Below are positions 25,809 to 36,183 of a stretch of 64,000 bases of DNA, piece after piece; position 1 is the first letter of the stretch, and each line of letters begins with the position of its first letter. The translations under genes were made by a program, and so were the position numbers. The stretch spans positions 862,131 to 926,130 of the forward strand of contig OY969116.1 of assembly GCA_963698075.1 (NCBI GenBank), read 5' to 3'. This DNA comes from an uncultured Candidatus Berkelbacteria bacterium (GTDB lineage: Bacteria > Patescibacteriota > UBA1384 > UBA12157 > JAENIV01). Under the pieces are notes generated by a model. That model had not been told where the DNA came from and searched no databases. It was given only the letters and a program-made list of their open reading frames with translations.

Positions 25809-26988
25809 ATTAACCAAAATCTTTGGCATTATCATTGTTGCCCTGGTTTTTTATTTCCTTGGGTATCTCGTTGGTCATCGAAATATTGTCTTCGAACAAA
25901 ATCTTAAACCGACGATTGTTAACACCAATCTTGGTCAACCAAAAGACGTTGATTTTTCCACTTTTTGGGATGCCTGGAAACTGGTCACTGATAAATACGT
26001 CGGTCAATATTCCGCACAAGAGATGGTTCGTGGTGCCATCAAGGGCATGGTTGAATCTCTTGGCGATCCTTACTCGGCCTTTATGGAACCGGGTACTAAT
26101 CAAATGTTCTTGGAGGATTTGTCTGGAGAAATCCAGGGAATTGGTGCGGAAATTACTTTAAAGGACGGCAAGCTTTTAGTCGTCTCACCCTTAGATGGCT
26201 CGCCTGCCAAAAATGCCGGTCTTAAGCCCCAGGATGAAATTTTAGAAATTGACGGCGAGAAAACTAACGATATGTCTCTTGATGAGGCGATAGGTAAAAT
26301 TCGCGGTAAGGCAGGGACTGAAGTAACCCTTTTAATTAACCGTTCGGGATTTAGTACTCCGAAAGAATTTAAAATTAAACGGGCGATAATTGTCATCAAA
26401 TCAGTTCAGTCTGAAATGAAGGGGAATGTGGCTTATATCAAAATCACCCAATTCGGCGATGATACTTCGACCTTGGCCAAACAAGCGGCTGACGAGATCG
26501 CTAGTAAAAATCCTCATTCAATCATCCTCGACCTGCGCGACAATCCCGGCGGTTATTTGGATTCAGCCGTTGATGTGGCTTCGCTTTTTATGAACAAAGG
26601 TGTCGTGGTCAAAGAACAAGACAAAAATGGCCGGATTGAAGAACTCCAAACTACCCTTGAAGGAAAATTGGCAAAATATCCGATTTTCGTCTTGGTCAAT
26701 GAAGGTTCAGCCTCGGCCTCGGAAATTGTCGCTGGTGCCTTAAGAGATAGTCGCGGAGCCTTAATTATTGGTAAAAAGACTTTTGGCAAGGGTTCGGTGC
26801 AAGAATTGGAAACCTTAAAAGACAATTCCGCCTTACGCTTGACCGTGGCTAAATGGTTAACTCCCAAAGGCAAGACGATTGATAAAGAAGGCATTAGTCC
26901 CGATATTGAAGTCAATTTATCGAACGAGGATCAAGCCGCTGGCCGCGATCCGCAACTTGATCGGGCTTTAGAGGAAGCGAGTCGATGA
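25792..26988 (+). CDS. Carboxy-terminal processing protease (S41, PDZ)
   Basis: AAGGAG SD before TTG 25792; DLRDNPGG, SASASEI, GKGSVQ. Confidence 0.9.
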   Translation: MKVFTKLTKIFGIIIVALVFYFLGYLVGHRNIVFEQNLKPTIVNTNLGQPKDVDFSTFWDAWKLVTDKYVGQYSAQEMVRGAIKGMVESLGDPYSAFMEPGTNQMFLEDLSGEIQGIGAEITLKDGKLLVVSPLDGSPAKNAGLKPQDEILEIDGEKTNDMSLDEAIGKIRGKAGTEVTLLINRSGFSTPKEFKIKRAIIVIKSVQSEMKGNVAYIKITQFGDDTSTLAKQAADEIASKNPHSIILDLRDNPGGYLDSAVDVASLFMNKGVVVKEQDKNGRIEELQTTLEGKLAKYPIFVLVNEGSASASEIVAGALRDSRGALIIGKKTFGKGSVQELETLKDNSALRLTVAKWLTPKGKTIDKEGISPDIEVNLSNEDQAAGRDPQLDRALEEASR

Positions 26989-27431
26989 AGAAAGTAGTTA
27001 AATCTATGCAAGTTTTATTAATCAAAGATGTTGCCAATTTGGGTCAAGCAGGGGAAATCAAGGATGTCAAGCCAGGATATGCCCGCAATTTTTTAATTTT
27101 AAAAAAATTCGCCGTTTTGCCGAGTGATCCCCAATCTCAAGATTTTCTTCGCGAAAGAGCCAAGAGAAAGCAAGAATCAAAAGCCCAAAAGGATATGACA
27201 TTGTCAAAATTTGACGAATTGACAAATAAAAAAATTGTTTTTAAAGTCAAAGTCAATAAAAAGGGAGTGTCTTTTAAAGCCGTTGGTGCCAAAGACATTG
27301 CTAAAAAACTGGACATAATGGAGGATTGGGTAAAAACAGAGCCGATTAAAGCTCTCGGTGACCATCCAGTTTTAATCAAATCGGGGGATTTAAAGACTCA
27401 AGTTTTAGTTGCCTTAATTCCTGAGAAGTGA
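26985..27431 (+). CDS. rplI: 50S ribosomal protein L9
   Basis: MQVLLIKDVANLGQAGEIKDVKPGYARNFL. Confidence 0.9.
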   Translation: MKKVVKSMQVLLIKDVANLGQAGEIKDVKPGYARNFLILKKFAVLPSDPQSQDFLRERAKRKQESKAQKDMTLSKFDELTNKKIVFKVKVNKKGVSFKAVGAKDIAKKLDIMEDWVKTEPIKALGDHPVLIKSGDLKTQVLVALIPEK

Positions 27432-27456
27432 TAGATTCAAATTACAAGGAGGGGTT

Positions 27457-28239
27457 GTGGATGATGATAATTTAGAAAAACCATTGAAAATGCCCGAAAG
27501 TGGGGGCGTTGATTATTCCAATCTTTCCCAGCCTGAACCGATGGGGGGAAGAAACGCCCAAGTTACTGGACCGACATACTTCGCCCGCCCGCCACGTCAG
27601 TCAGTAAGTCCCAAGCCGAGTGCCAATCAACCCCCGCCTGCCGGTCCTTCCGGGCGACGGCTTCAACCGATAGAAGATCAAGAACCCAGAAATCCCCTTG
27701 TTTCTTTAATTCTGATGATTTTTTTAAGTCTGATATTAGTGCTGGGCATTCTCGTTTTTATTTCCTGGAAAGGTTGGATTTCTTTGGGAGGGCTTGAAAA
27801 ACTTTGGGGAGGTGGGGAAAAAGCCTTGCCAACACCGACGGCTGCCATTTCGGTTGAACCTTCTTTGACAGTTTCTGAGTCACCCACAGCCAACACGTCG
27901 CCCGTGGTCACCACCAATGTCAATGATCAAACGCGCAAAGCTGATTTAGCTAAGATTAAAGAAGCTTTAGTAAAATATTTTGCTGATAATAACCAATTTC
28001 CACTAGCCACGACAGGAGTAAAAACATCAGATCCGGCGAGCATTCTAGCTCTAGCCTTAGTTCCAAAATACCTCGATAAACTGCCGGATGATCCGCTGGC
28101 ACCCCAATATTATTATAGCTATAAATCAGACGGTCAAAGTTTTGAATTAACGTGTGTGTTGGAGGACAAAACCGATCCCGAGGGCGTAAATGTTGGCCAA
28201 TTCTATATATACAAATTGACAGGTTCCAAGGGGACCTAA
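27457..28239 (+). CDS. Membrane protein with pseudopilin (GspG-like) C-terminal domain
   Basis: TM then NDQTRKADL..I..AL..YF.DN..FP, LPDDP, YYYSY, FELTCVLE. Confidence 0.6.
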   Translation: MDDDNLEKPLKMPESGGVDYSNLSQPEPMGGRNAQVTGPTYFARPPRQSVSPKPSANQPPPAGPSGRRLQPIEDQEPRNPLVSLILMIFLSLILVLGILVFISWKGWISLGGLEKLWGGGEKALPTPTAAISVEPSLTVSESPTANTSPVVTTNVNDQTRKADLAKIKEALVKYFADNNQFPLATTGVKTSDPASILALALVPKYLDKLPDDPLAPQYYYSYKSDGQSFELTCVLEDKTDPEGVNVGQFYIYKLTGSKGT

Positions 28240-28253
28240 AGAAAGGAGAATTA

Positions 28254-28805
28254 ATGATTGCTTTGTGGATTATTTTGGGCATCGTGGGGGTGCTCATCCT
28301 CTGGTTTATTATTGTTTTTAACGGTATTGTTTCTTTGCGTAATCGTACCCAAGAGGCTTGGTCGGATATTGACGTTCAGCTTAAACGCCGACACGATTTG
28401 ATTCCTAATTTAGTTGAAACAGTTAAAGGCTATGCCAAACATGAAAAGGAATTGTTTGAAAAGGTCACTGAGGCAAGGGCTTCAGCGATGCAGGCCAAGG
28501 GGGCTAAAGACGCCGCTGCCAAAGAAAATGTTTTGACCAATACCCTAAAATCAGTTTTTGCCGTTGCTGAAAATTATCCCCAACTGCGCGCTTCAGAGAA
28601 CTTTCAGAAACTTCAGGATGAATTGACAGACACGGAAAACAAAATCGAAGCCGCCCGCCGATTCTACAATGGTAATGTCCGCGATTTCAACATCAAGATC
28701 CAAGTTTTCCCCAATTCAATGGTTGCCGGCATGACTGGTTCCAAAGCATTTGAATTATTCGGCGCTGCCGAGGGCGAAAAAGCCACTCCCGAAGTCAAAT
28801 TCTAA
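28254..28805 (+). CDS. lemA: LemA family protein
   Basis: WSDIDVQLKRRHDLIPNLV, AENYPQL, RRFYN. Confidence 0.93.
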   Translation: MIALWIILGIVGVLILWFIIVFNGIVSLRNRTQEAWSDIDVQLKRRHDLIPNLVETVKGYAKHEKELFEKVTEARASAMQAKGAKDAAAKENVLTNTLKSVFAVAENYPQLRASENFQKLQDELTDTENKIEAARRFYNGNVRDFNIKIQVFPNSMVAGMTGSKAFELFGAAEGEKATPEVKF

Positions 28806-28809
28806 CATT

Positions 28810-29730
28810 ATGTATAAGGATATAGATTCTAATAAGAGGAGGACAGCTTTCCTTTTGGGTTTTTTCCTCATTTTTGTCATTGGGCTCGGCTATTTATTAA
28901 GTTGGATTTTTGATAATCAATTTATATTGGTGATTGCCGTCATTATCGCCGTTACCCAAGCCTTAGTCTCTTATTATTATTCCGATTCGATCACGCTGGC
29001 GGTTTCCGGGGCAAAGGAAGTTCCGCGAAAAGAACCCTATTTAGATTTGCATCGGGTGGTGGAAAATCTTGCGATTACGGGTGGACTACCCAAACCGAAA
29101 ATTTATATTATCGACGATTCAGCACCGAACGCTTTTGCCACCGGCCGCGACCCCAAACATGCTTCGATTGCGGTAACATCTGGATTGTTGGAAAAGTTAA
29201 ATAAAACCGAGCTCGAAGGCGTGATTGCCCACGAACTTTCACATGTTGGCAACTACGATATTCGTTTGATGACGGTGGTCGTAGTTTTGGTGGGCGTGGT
29301 GGCGCTTTTATCCGATTTCTTTTTACGTTGGACATGGTTTGGAGGTCGGCGTCGCAGTGATGGTGATAGCGGTCAGTTGGGGTTAATACTATTTATTATC
29401 GCCATTGCGATGGCTATTCTGGCACCGCTGGCGGCGACTTTAATCCAATTGGCCATTTCGCGCAAACGTGAATTTTTAGCCGATGCCTCCGGGGCGTTGT
29501 TAACGCGCTATCCCGAGGGTTTGGCCTCGGCGCTCGAAAAAATATCTAAAGACCGTGGACCTTTGGGAGTCGCCAACAAAGCCACCGCCCATCTTTATAT
29601 AGTGAATCCGTTTAAAGAAAATGCCGAAGGCGACGGCCACGGTAGCCGCGGCTGGTTTGCTGGTTTATTCGATACCCATCCGCCAGTGGAAGAGCGAATT
29701 AAAAGATTAAAGGCGATGATTTCGAAATGA
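28810..29730 (+). CDS. htpX: M48 zinc metalloprotease HtpX
   Basis: PNAFATG, AHELSH, SRKREFLAD, THPP. Confidence 0.93.
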   Translation: MYKDIDSNKRRTAFLLGFFLIFVIGLGYLLSWIFDNQFILVIAVIIAVTQALVSYYYSDSITLAVSGAKEVPRKEPYLDLHRVVENLAITGGLPKPKIYIIDDSAPNAFATGRDPKHASIAVTSGLLEKLNKTELEGVIAHELSHVGNYDIRLMTVVVVLVGVVALLSDFFLRWTWFGGRRRSDGDSGQLGLILFIIAIAMAILAPLAATLIQLAISRKREFLADASGALLTRYPEGLASALEKISKDRGPLGVANKATAHLYIVNPFKENAEGDGHGSRGWFAGLFDTHPPVEERIKRLKAMISK

Positions 29731-31715
29731 CCAAAGAAGCAGCTAAACAAAGAATTGAAAAGTTGCGGGAGCTGATTGAAAAATATCGCTATTCTTATCA
29801 TGTGCTTGATAAATCGCTCGTTTCCGATGAAGTAAATGATTCCCTCAAACATGAATTGCAAGAATTAGAGAATCAATATCCAGAACTAATTACCCCTGAT
29901 TCGCCGACACAAAGAATCGCCGGTGAGGCATTAGAAAAATTTACTAAAGTTACTCACGAAAGGCCGATGCTTTCTTTGACCGATGCTTTTTCATTTGAAG
30001 AACTTAAGGACTGGGAAACTCGGAATGCAAAAGTTATCGAGGGTGACTTTTCATATTTTACAGAACTTAAAATAGATGGGTTAGCCGTTTCATTAGTTTA
30101 TGAAAACGGGCGATTTGTCAGAGGTGCGACCCGGGGCGATGGCCGGGTGGGCGAGGATGTGACCCAAAATCTAAAAACAGTTGAAGCGATCCCGCTTAAA
30201 CTAACAACTGACAACCAACAACTAACAACTACTATCGAAGTTCGTGGAGAAGCTTATATGCCAATCGAAATATTTAAAAAATTAAATATTAAATATCAAA
30301 AAGAGGGGAAAGCGCTTTTGGCCAATCCGAGAAATGCGGCGGCTGGCTCTATTCGTCAATTAAATCCAAAAATAACCGCAGAGAGAAAATTATCTTTTAT
30401 CGCCTGGGATTTATTTGGCCTGGAAACAAAAACTCATGAAGAATCGCATAAAATTTTACATGAATTGGGTTTTAAGACCATCAAAGAAAATCAATATTGT
30501 CGAAATTTGGAAGAAGTCGAAACATTCAAACAAAAAATGGAAAAAGTTCGTGAGAGATTACCTTTCCAAATCGATGGGATAGTTGTCCAAGTCAATGATA
30601 ATGATTTGAAAGCGCGTTTGGGGATAGTTGGCAAAGCGCCTCGGGGAATGATTGCCTATAAGTTTGCGCCCGAAGAGGCAACGACGATTATCGAAGACAT
30701 TATTGTCAATGTCGGTCGCACGGGTACGCTCACGCCAGTCGCGGTTTTAAAACCGGTGTTAATTGCCGGTTCAACGATCTCCCGGGCAACTTTGCATAAT
30801 GAAGACGAAATCCGCAAAAAAGATATTCGTATTGGGGATACGGTTGTAGTTCACAAAGCCGGCGATGTCATTCCTGAAGTTGAAAAAGTAATTAAAGAAT
30901 TGCGGCCGAAAAATGCGCGTGAATTTCATTTTCCTAAAACTTGTCCTAAATGCGGAGGAAAAGTAGTCCGTGAAGAAGGTAAAGCGGCATATAAATGCAC
31001 AAACAAAAAATGTTTTACTATCCAGCGCCGCGGCTTAGAGCATTTTGTTTCACGAGCCGCGTTCGATATGGCTGGCCTAGGACCAAAAATCATTGATAAA
31101 TTCATCGAAGAAGGTTTAATCAAAGACGCAGCTGATTTATTCAAATTAAAAGTGGGCGATATCGAACCTTTGGAGCGTTTTGCCGAAAAGAGCGCCCAAA
31201 ATGTTGTTGATACCATTCAATCTCATAAGAAAATCTCCTTGGCGCGTTTCATTTATGCCTTAGGGATTCCCAATGTTGGCGAAGAAACGGCGATTGATTT
31301 GGCAGAGCGTTTTCGGACAATTGATAATTTACGTAAGGCTAGTTTGGAAGAAATTGATGCTCTCCACGATGTCGGTGGGATAGTTGCCAAAAGCATTTAT
31401 GAATGGTTTCAAGACAGAGGGAATTTAAATTTTATTGATCGCTTAATTAGCGCCGGCATTGACATTGAAAAGGAAGCGATTCATGAAGGCAAATTGTCCG
31501 GCAAGATTTTTGTGCTGACCGGCGGTCTGGAAACAATGACTCGCGATGAAGCCAAAGAAAAAATCCGCGCGCTCGGCGGAGATATTTCCGAATCGGTTTC
31601 CAAAGAAACGGATTTTGTCATCGCCGGTTCCGAGCCGGGCGAAAAATATTCGCGCGCCAAAGAATTTGGTGTTAAAATAATAAATGAAAAGGAATTTTCG
31701 GAACTTACTAAGTGA
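29727..31715 (+). CDS. ligA: NAD-dependent DNA ligase
   Basis: ELKIDG, TRGDG, EVRGE, NPRNAAAGS, zinc finger, BRCT. Confidence 0.97.
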   Translation: MTKEAAKQRIEKLRELIEKYRYSYHVLDKSLVSDEVNDSLKHELQELENQYPELITPDSPTQRIAGEALEKFTKVTHERPMLSLTDAFSFEELKDWETRNAKVIEGDFSYFTELKIDGLAVSLVYENGRFVRGATRGDGRVGEDVTQNLKTVEAIPLKLTTDNQQLTTTIEVRGEAYMPIEIFKKLNIKYQKEGKALLANPRNAAAGSIRQLNPKITAERKLSFIAWDLFGLETKTHEESHKILHELGFKTIKENQYCRNLEEVETFKQKMEKVRERLPFQIDGIVVQVNDNDLKARLGIVGKAPRGMIAYKFAPEEATTIIEDIIVNVGRTGTLTPVAVLKPVLIAGSTISRATLHNEDEIRKKDIRIGDTVVVHKAGDVIPEVEKVIKELRPKNAREFHFPKTCPKCGGKVVREEGKAAYKCTNKKCFTIQRRGLEHFVSRAAFDMAGLGPKIIDKFIEEGLIKDAADLFKLKVGDIEPLERFAEKSAQNVVDTIQSHKKISLARFIYALGIPNVGEETAIDLAERFRTIDNLRKASLEEIDALHDVGGIVAKSIYEWFQDRGNLNFIDRLISAGIDIEKEAIHEGKLSGKIFVLTGGLETMTRDEAKEKIRALGGDISESVSKETDFVIAGSEPGEKYSRAKEFGVKIINEKEFSELTK

Positions 31716-31721
31716 GGGGAT

Positions 31722-31856
31722 ATGCGCAAGATTCTATTGCTGGAGATTGCTGTCAGTTTAATGGCAATTTTATTAGTTATCGCCATAAGTTATTGGGCTT
31801 TTCGGACCGATAAATTTTTACCTAAAGCCAGCACAAATGAAATCCAAAAAAAATAA
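31722..31856 (+). CDS. Small 44-aa single-TM protein (not in ORF track)
   Basis: GAGGGG SD; MRKILLLEIAVSLMAILLVIAISYWAFRTDK... Confidence 0.5.
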   Translation: MRKILLLEIAVSLMAILLVIAISYWAFRTDKFLPKASTNEIQKK

Positions 31857-31868
31857 TGAGGAGGAGAA

Positions 31869-32663
31869 TTGAAACCAAACAAAACCAGACTCAAGGTTCT
31901 ATTGATTATTTTGGGGATCCTAATTATTGCGTTTGGCATTGTTTTTTACAAATACGGACCCTATTCAGAAGCTGCAAGAGGCGGGATTAAAGGAAAACCA
32001 ACTAGTTCGCCAACATTGACACCGACCAGCTCGGCGTTGCCCATCTCGCCAAAACCATCACCCAGTCCATCGTCGGTAGTCTCGCCATCGCCTTCGACGA
32101 CCGCAACGCCTGCCATTTTATTTTCTGATGATTTTTCCGGGACGCTTTCGAAATGGCAAGTAGTTTATGAAAAAGCTAGTATTTCCAATGGTCAGTTAGA
32201 TTTAATTCCTCTGATTCAAACCTACAATTCTCCGTCAGATACCCACGCACCCTTAATTGTCGCCGGTGATGTTGCTTGGAAAGACTATATTTTCAATGTT
32301 TCCATGAAAACCGTCAGGCAACTTCGACCTTCAAATCCCAACCCCTGGGAAGTCGGCTGGTTGATTTTCCGTTACGTTGATTCTAAAAATTTCTATTATT
32401 TTATTCAAAAGACCAATGGCATTGAATTGGGAAAACTCGTCAATGGTAGTCAGCAGTTTCTTTATACCGCCGGCACGCCAAAACTGACAATCGGTTCAAC
32501 CCATACCTACAAGGTTGTCCTTAAAGGAACAAACATTAAAATCTATATTGATGGTGTGCAAGTGGTCAATGTTAATGATAGTTCATTTTCAGCCGGGAAA
32601 ATTGGGCTCTATAATGAGGATGCCGAAACCTTGTCTGATAATGTTTTAGTGACCTCAAATTAG
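31869..32663 (+). CDS. Surface-anchored concanavalin A/DUF1080-like beta-sandwich protein
   Basis: TM, Pro/Ser/Thr linker, LFSDDFS, GWLIFRY.D..NFY, GKIGLY. Confidence 0.75.
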   Translation: MKPNKTRLKVLLIILGILIIAFGIVFYKYGPYSEAARGGIKGKPTSSPTLTPTSSALPISPKPSPSPSSVVSPSPSTTATPAILFSDDFSGTLSKWQVVYEKASISNGQLDLIPLIQTYNSPSDTHAPLIVAGDVAWKDYIFNVSMKTVRQLRPSNPNPWEVGWLIFRYVDSKNFYYFIQKTNGIELGKLVNGSQQFLYTAGTPKLTIGSTHTYKVVLKGTNIKIYIDGVQVVNVNDSSFSAGKIGLYNEDAETLSDNVLVTSN

Positions 32664-32679
32664 GTCTTAATATGCGAAA

Positions 32680-32706
32680 CCCGCCTTCGCATGAAGCTCT
32701 GGCGGG
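32680..32706. repeat. REP-like palindrome
   Basis: CCCGCCTTCGCATGAAGCTCTGGCGGG between convergent genes. Confidence 0.55.
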
Positions 32707-32727
32707 TGATCAGCTGGGATGGCGTAT

Positions 32728-33561
32728 TTAGAAGTTGGAAGTGAAGTTAAGGGCTTTTGCCTTGACCAATCTTCTTAGGAGTTCGATTCTGGGCGTTAGA
32801 ATCGAGTCCAAATCAAGCTGTCGAGTTTGGAAGACAGGCAGTTCTTTCCTCCCGAATCTTTGTCTGGGAGTTATCTCGGTAACCTGATGAGGATCTTTGG
32901 TCACTCGTGGATCCCGGAGACCCTCCATGACCAGGATATCGACATATTGTCTCTGAGTGATACGAGCATCTAAGGTAACTGGTCGAATGATGGCGGAATA
33001 GATGTTGCGTACAATGACGAACTCTCTAAAGTATGCCAGTTTGCCTTGCTCTTGTAGGGCCTGAAACACTTTCCAGTAGTTTATCACTGATTGAATGTCC
33101 TTGATATTAGGAACAAAGAGCATTCTTCGATCTGTACCGAAAGTATCCAACAGGGGATCAGTTTCAGCAATAAACTCAGCGTGGACTTCATCCATTGGTT
33201 GAACTTCAAGGAGCTCGATCTCGCCGCTTGTCAGGAGAATTGGTTCGCCCTCGGCTGGTTCATAGACTTTGCCAAGCTCTTCTTTTGGTACAGCGATACC
33301 GCATGTTTGGCAGAAGAATCCCTGTTTAGCTTGTCCAACTTTTTTGATGACTGTTCTTCTGCGATCTGGTCTCTCGACTGCCACCCTCGTTTTGGGTTTC
33401 GTTGCCATTGGAAGGTCGAGACGTTGCTTGCATTTAATGTGAATAGGGGAGAGGGTTAACTCTTCAGGTTTTTCAGACTCGGCTGAGAAAAGTCTTCCCG
33501 AAACCACAAGATCTTGGAAAACGATCTTTCCCGTCCATTGTGCTCGTGTTCTGGCAGCCAC
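32728..33561 (-). CDS. Divergent Ku-like DNA end-binding protein
   Basis: RAQWTGKIVF..V.G.LFSA, H.KC..RL, C..CG..VPKEELGKVYE match the prokaryotic Ku N-terminal pattern. Confidence 0.65.
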   Translation of the reverse strand: MAARTRAQWTGKIVFQDLVVSGRLFSAESEKPEELTLSPIHIKCKQRLDLPMATKPKTRVAVERPDRRRTVIKKVGQAKQGFFCQTCGIAVPKEELGKVYEPAEGEPILLTSGEIELLEVQPMDEVHAEFIAETDPLLDTFGTDRRMLFVPNIKDIQSVINYWKVFQALQEQGKLAYFREFVIVRNIYSAIIRPVTLDARITQRQYVDILVMEGLRDPRVTKDPHQVTEITPRQRFGRKELPVFQTRQLDLDSILTPRIELLRRLVKAKALNFTSNF

Positions 33562-33651
33562 CCGAGGTGCTCCTTTCGATGTTGTCTAGCGATAGAATTA
33601 TATAATTTAAAATTGCAAAAATCAAGAGCAAAGTGTAAAATCAAAACTGAT

Positions 33652-33948
33652 ATGGCCAAAATTTCTAAAGACGACCTCGAGCATGTCGCCAATCTTGCTC
33701 GTTTGGAACTAAATTCCGAAGAAAAAGCCAAGTTCACTGAACAACTCGGGTCGGTTTTGGAGTATTTTGAAAAACTCGACACCGCCGACACTTCGGAAGT
33801 GGCGGCGATTGATCAAATCAATAATATGGAAAACGTGACGGCGGCGGATAAAATTGGCGAAAAATATGACCGTGATGAACTGCTTGCCAACGCGCCCAAG
33901 CAAGAAGACGGATTTATTAAAGTGAAAGCAATATTTGAAGAAAAATGA
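33652..33948 (+). CDS. gatC: Asp/Glu-tRNA amidotransferase subunit C
   Basis: ISKDDLEHVANLARLEL, LLANAP, FIKVKAI. Confidence 0.92.
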   Translation: MAKISKDDLEHVANLARLELNSEEKAKFTEQLGSVLEYFEKLDTADTSEVAAIDQINNMENVTAADKIGEKYDRDELLANAPKQEDGFIKVKAIFEEK

Positions 33949-35384
33949 ATCTCAATAAACTAACGTTAAAAGAGGCATCAGAAAAACTCAAAAGTGACGA
34001 GATATCATCGGCCGAGATTGTTGACGATTGTTTGGAAAGAATCGAAAAACATGACAAAGATATTAATGCCTATTTGACGGTCTTATCGGACGAGGCCAAG
34101 AAGGCGGCGGAAGAATCGGATAAGAGCCATAAATGGAAAAGCGAAATTGACGGTTTGTCGATTGCAGTTAAAGATGTTATTTGTACCAAGGGCGTGAAGA
34201 CCACGGCCGCCAGTAAAATTTTGGAAGATTTTGTGCCGCCGTATGACGCGACGGTAATATCTAAACTTAAAAACGCGGGTGCGATAATTATTGGTAAAAC
34301 CAACTGCGATGAATTTGCGATGGGTTCGTCTACGGAAAACTCGGCCTATAAAATTACCAAAAATCCATGGGATACCTCGCGCGTACCGGGCGGTTCATCC
34401 GGCGGTTCGGCAGCCGCGGTTGCCTCGGATATGTGTATCGCGGCGTTAGGATCTGATACTGGAGGATCGATAAGACAGCCGGCTAGTTTATGCGGTGTGG
34501 TCGGATTGAAGCCAACCTATGGTACAGTGTCACGATATGGACTGATGGCAATGGCTTCATCGCTTGATCAAATCGGCGTGTTCGCAAAGACAGTGGGGGA
34601 TGCGGAAATACTCTTTAACATCATTGCTGGTTACGATCCGATGGACTCAACATCAATTCAAAATGCAAAATTCTCAGCCAAGGGCCGATCAGCCTTGGGC
34701 TGGAAAATCGGGGTTCCGAAAGAATATTTTGGCAAAGGATTAGACGAGGGTGTCAAGAAAGTTATTGAAGATGCGATTGAGAAACTCAAAAAAGAGGGAA
34801 ATGAAATTATTGAAATCAGTTTGTCTAACGCTGAATATGCCCTTGAAGTATACTATATTATTATGTTTGTCGAGGTTTCTTCAAATTTGGCGCGCTACGA
34901 TGGAATAAAATACGGCCATAGTACAAAAGAGGCGAAAGATTTGTTGGAAGTTTATTTTAAGAGCCGAGCTGAAGGATTTGGGGATGAAGCTAAGCGTCGA
35001 ATAATTTTAGGCAACTACGCGTCGTCGGCTGGCTATATTGATCAATATTATGCTAAAGCACAGAAAGCACGGTCATTAGTCAAAAAAGATTTTGATGAGG
35101 CATTTAAGAAAGTGGATTTAATCTTGGGTCCGGTTTCGCCAACAACGGCATTTAAAATCGGTGAAAAAACTAACGATCCTTTACAAATGTATTTATCAGA
35201 CATTTATACTATTTCAATTAATTTAGCCGGGCTTCCGGCGATGTCAGTGCCCGCGGGATTATCAAATGGTTTGCCTGTAGGATTGCAAATCATCGGACCG
35301 GTGTTGAGTGAAAACAATATTTTTTCATTGGGAAAAATATTTGAGGGGGTCAGAGGTGAATTACAAAGTGCGCCGATACAATAG
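33945..35384 (+). CDS. gatA: Asp/Glu-tRNA amidotransferase subunit A
   Basis: GKTNCDEFAMGSS, GGSSGGSAAAV, GSDTGGSIRQPA. Confidence 0.96.
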   Translation: MNLNKLTLKEASEKLKSDEISSAEIVDDCLERIEKHDKDINAYLTVLSDEAKKAAEESDKSHKWKSEIDGLSIAVKDVICTKGVKTTAASKILEDFVPPYDATVISKLKNAGAIIIGKTNCDEFAMGSSTENSAYKITKNPWDTSRVPGGSSGGSAAAVASDMCIAALGSDTGGSIRQPASLCGVVGLKPTYGTVSRYGLMAMASSLDQIGVFAKTVGDAEILFNIIAGYDPMDSTSIQNAKFSAKGRSALGWKIGVPKEYFGKGLDEGVKKVIEDAIEKLKKEGNEIIEISLSNAEYALEVYYIIMFVEVSSNLARYDGIKYGHSTKEAKDLLEVYFKSRAEGFGDEAKRRIILGNYASSAGYIDQYYAKAQKARSLVKKDFDEAFKKVDLILGPVSPTTAFKIGEKTNDPLQMYLSDIYTISINLAGLPAMSVPAGLSNGLPVGLQIIGPVLSENNIFSLGKIFEGVRGELQSAPIQ

Positions 35385-35418
35385 TGAACATCATAAGAAG
35401 TCAACCGAAGTCCAAATT

Positions 35419-35838
35419 GTGGAAGGTTTTTTCAAGGCAATTTGGTGGATTATTTCTTTGCCGTTTAGATTAATCTTCGGCCGAAAAAAAGTTTCCGTTC
35501 AGCCCGGCGTCAGTTTGGATAGGGGATACATCCAAACTAAATGGCAGGAAATCGAGCAATTGATACAATTGGGTCGGCCGTCCAATTACGCCCGGGCGGT
35601 TTTGGAGGCCGATAAATTGCTCGATCACATCTTAAAAGGATTCAGGGCGCCGGGAATGACGATGGCTGATCGGCTCAAAGCGTCGCAAAATAAATTTAGC
35701 AAAGAAGGTTATGATGCGGCCTGGAAAGCCCACAAAGTCAGAAACGAATTAGTCCACAACAGCCAATTTGAATTAATGGATTATAGCGCCAAAAATGCCA
35801 TCAATAATTTTAAAAAAGCGATAGACGAATTAATTTAA
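35419..35838 (+). CDS. Conserved hypothetical protein (HEPN-like RNxxxH), start uncertain
   Basis: AVLEADKLLD, AWKAHKVRNELVH. Confidence 0.65.
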   Translation: MEGFFKAIWWIISLPFRLIFGRKKVSVQPGVSLDRGYIQTKWQEIEQLIQLGRPSNYARAVLEADKLLDHILKGFRAPGMTMADRLKASQNKFSKEGYDAAWKAHKVRNELVHNSQFELMDYSAKNAINNFKKAIDELI

Positions 35839-35872
35839 TCTCTCGACTTTGCTCGAGATAAAGGAGAAAAAA

Positions 35873-36181
35873 ATGGAACAAGAGCATGGATTTGATCGGG
35901 ATCCGTCTGAAGATCTTGTCGGGGCCGAACAATTAATATACGAAGTATTAATGGCAAAAACCAATTTTAATAGTCCCGCAGAAGCCGTACCAATGGCTAA
36001 AAGTATTTTCCATTGTATTGATTCTCTACAGGGAAGAAATACCCATGCTAAAGGTTATTCTAATCCTAAAGCTGAATTATCCGCTGATTTAATTAGTCCT
36101 GGTGAATTGGCATTGGAGGCCGGTATTGGGAGGGATTTATCTAGAGCGATTTTGGTCAGACTTAATATTCTCAAAGAATAA
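35873..36181 (+). CDS. Hypothetical protein between gatA and gatB
   Basis: AAGGAG SD before ATG 35873. Confidence 0.6.
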   Translation: MEQEHGFDRDPSEDLVGAEQLIYEVLMAKTNFNSPAEAVPMAKSIFHCIDSLQGRNTHAKGYSNPKAELSADLISPGELALEAGIGRDLSRAILVRLNILKE

Positions 36182-36183
36182 TT

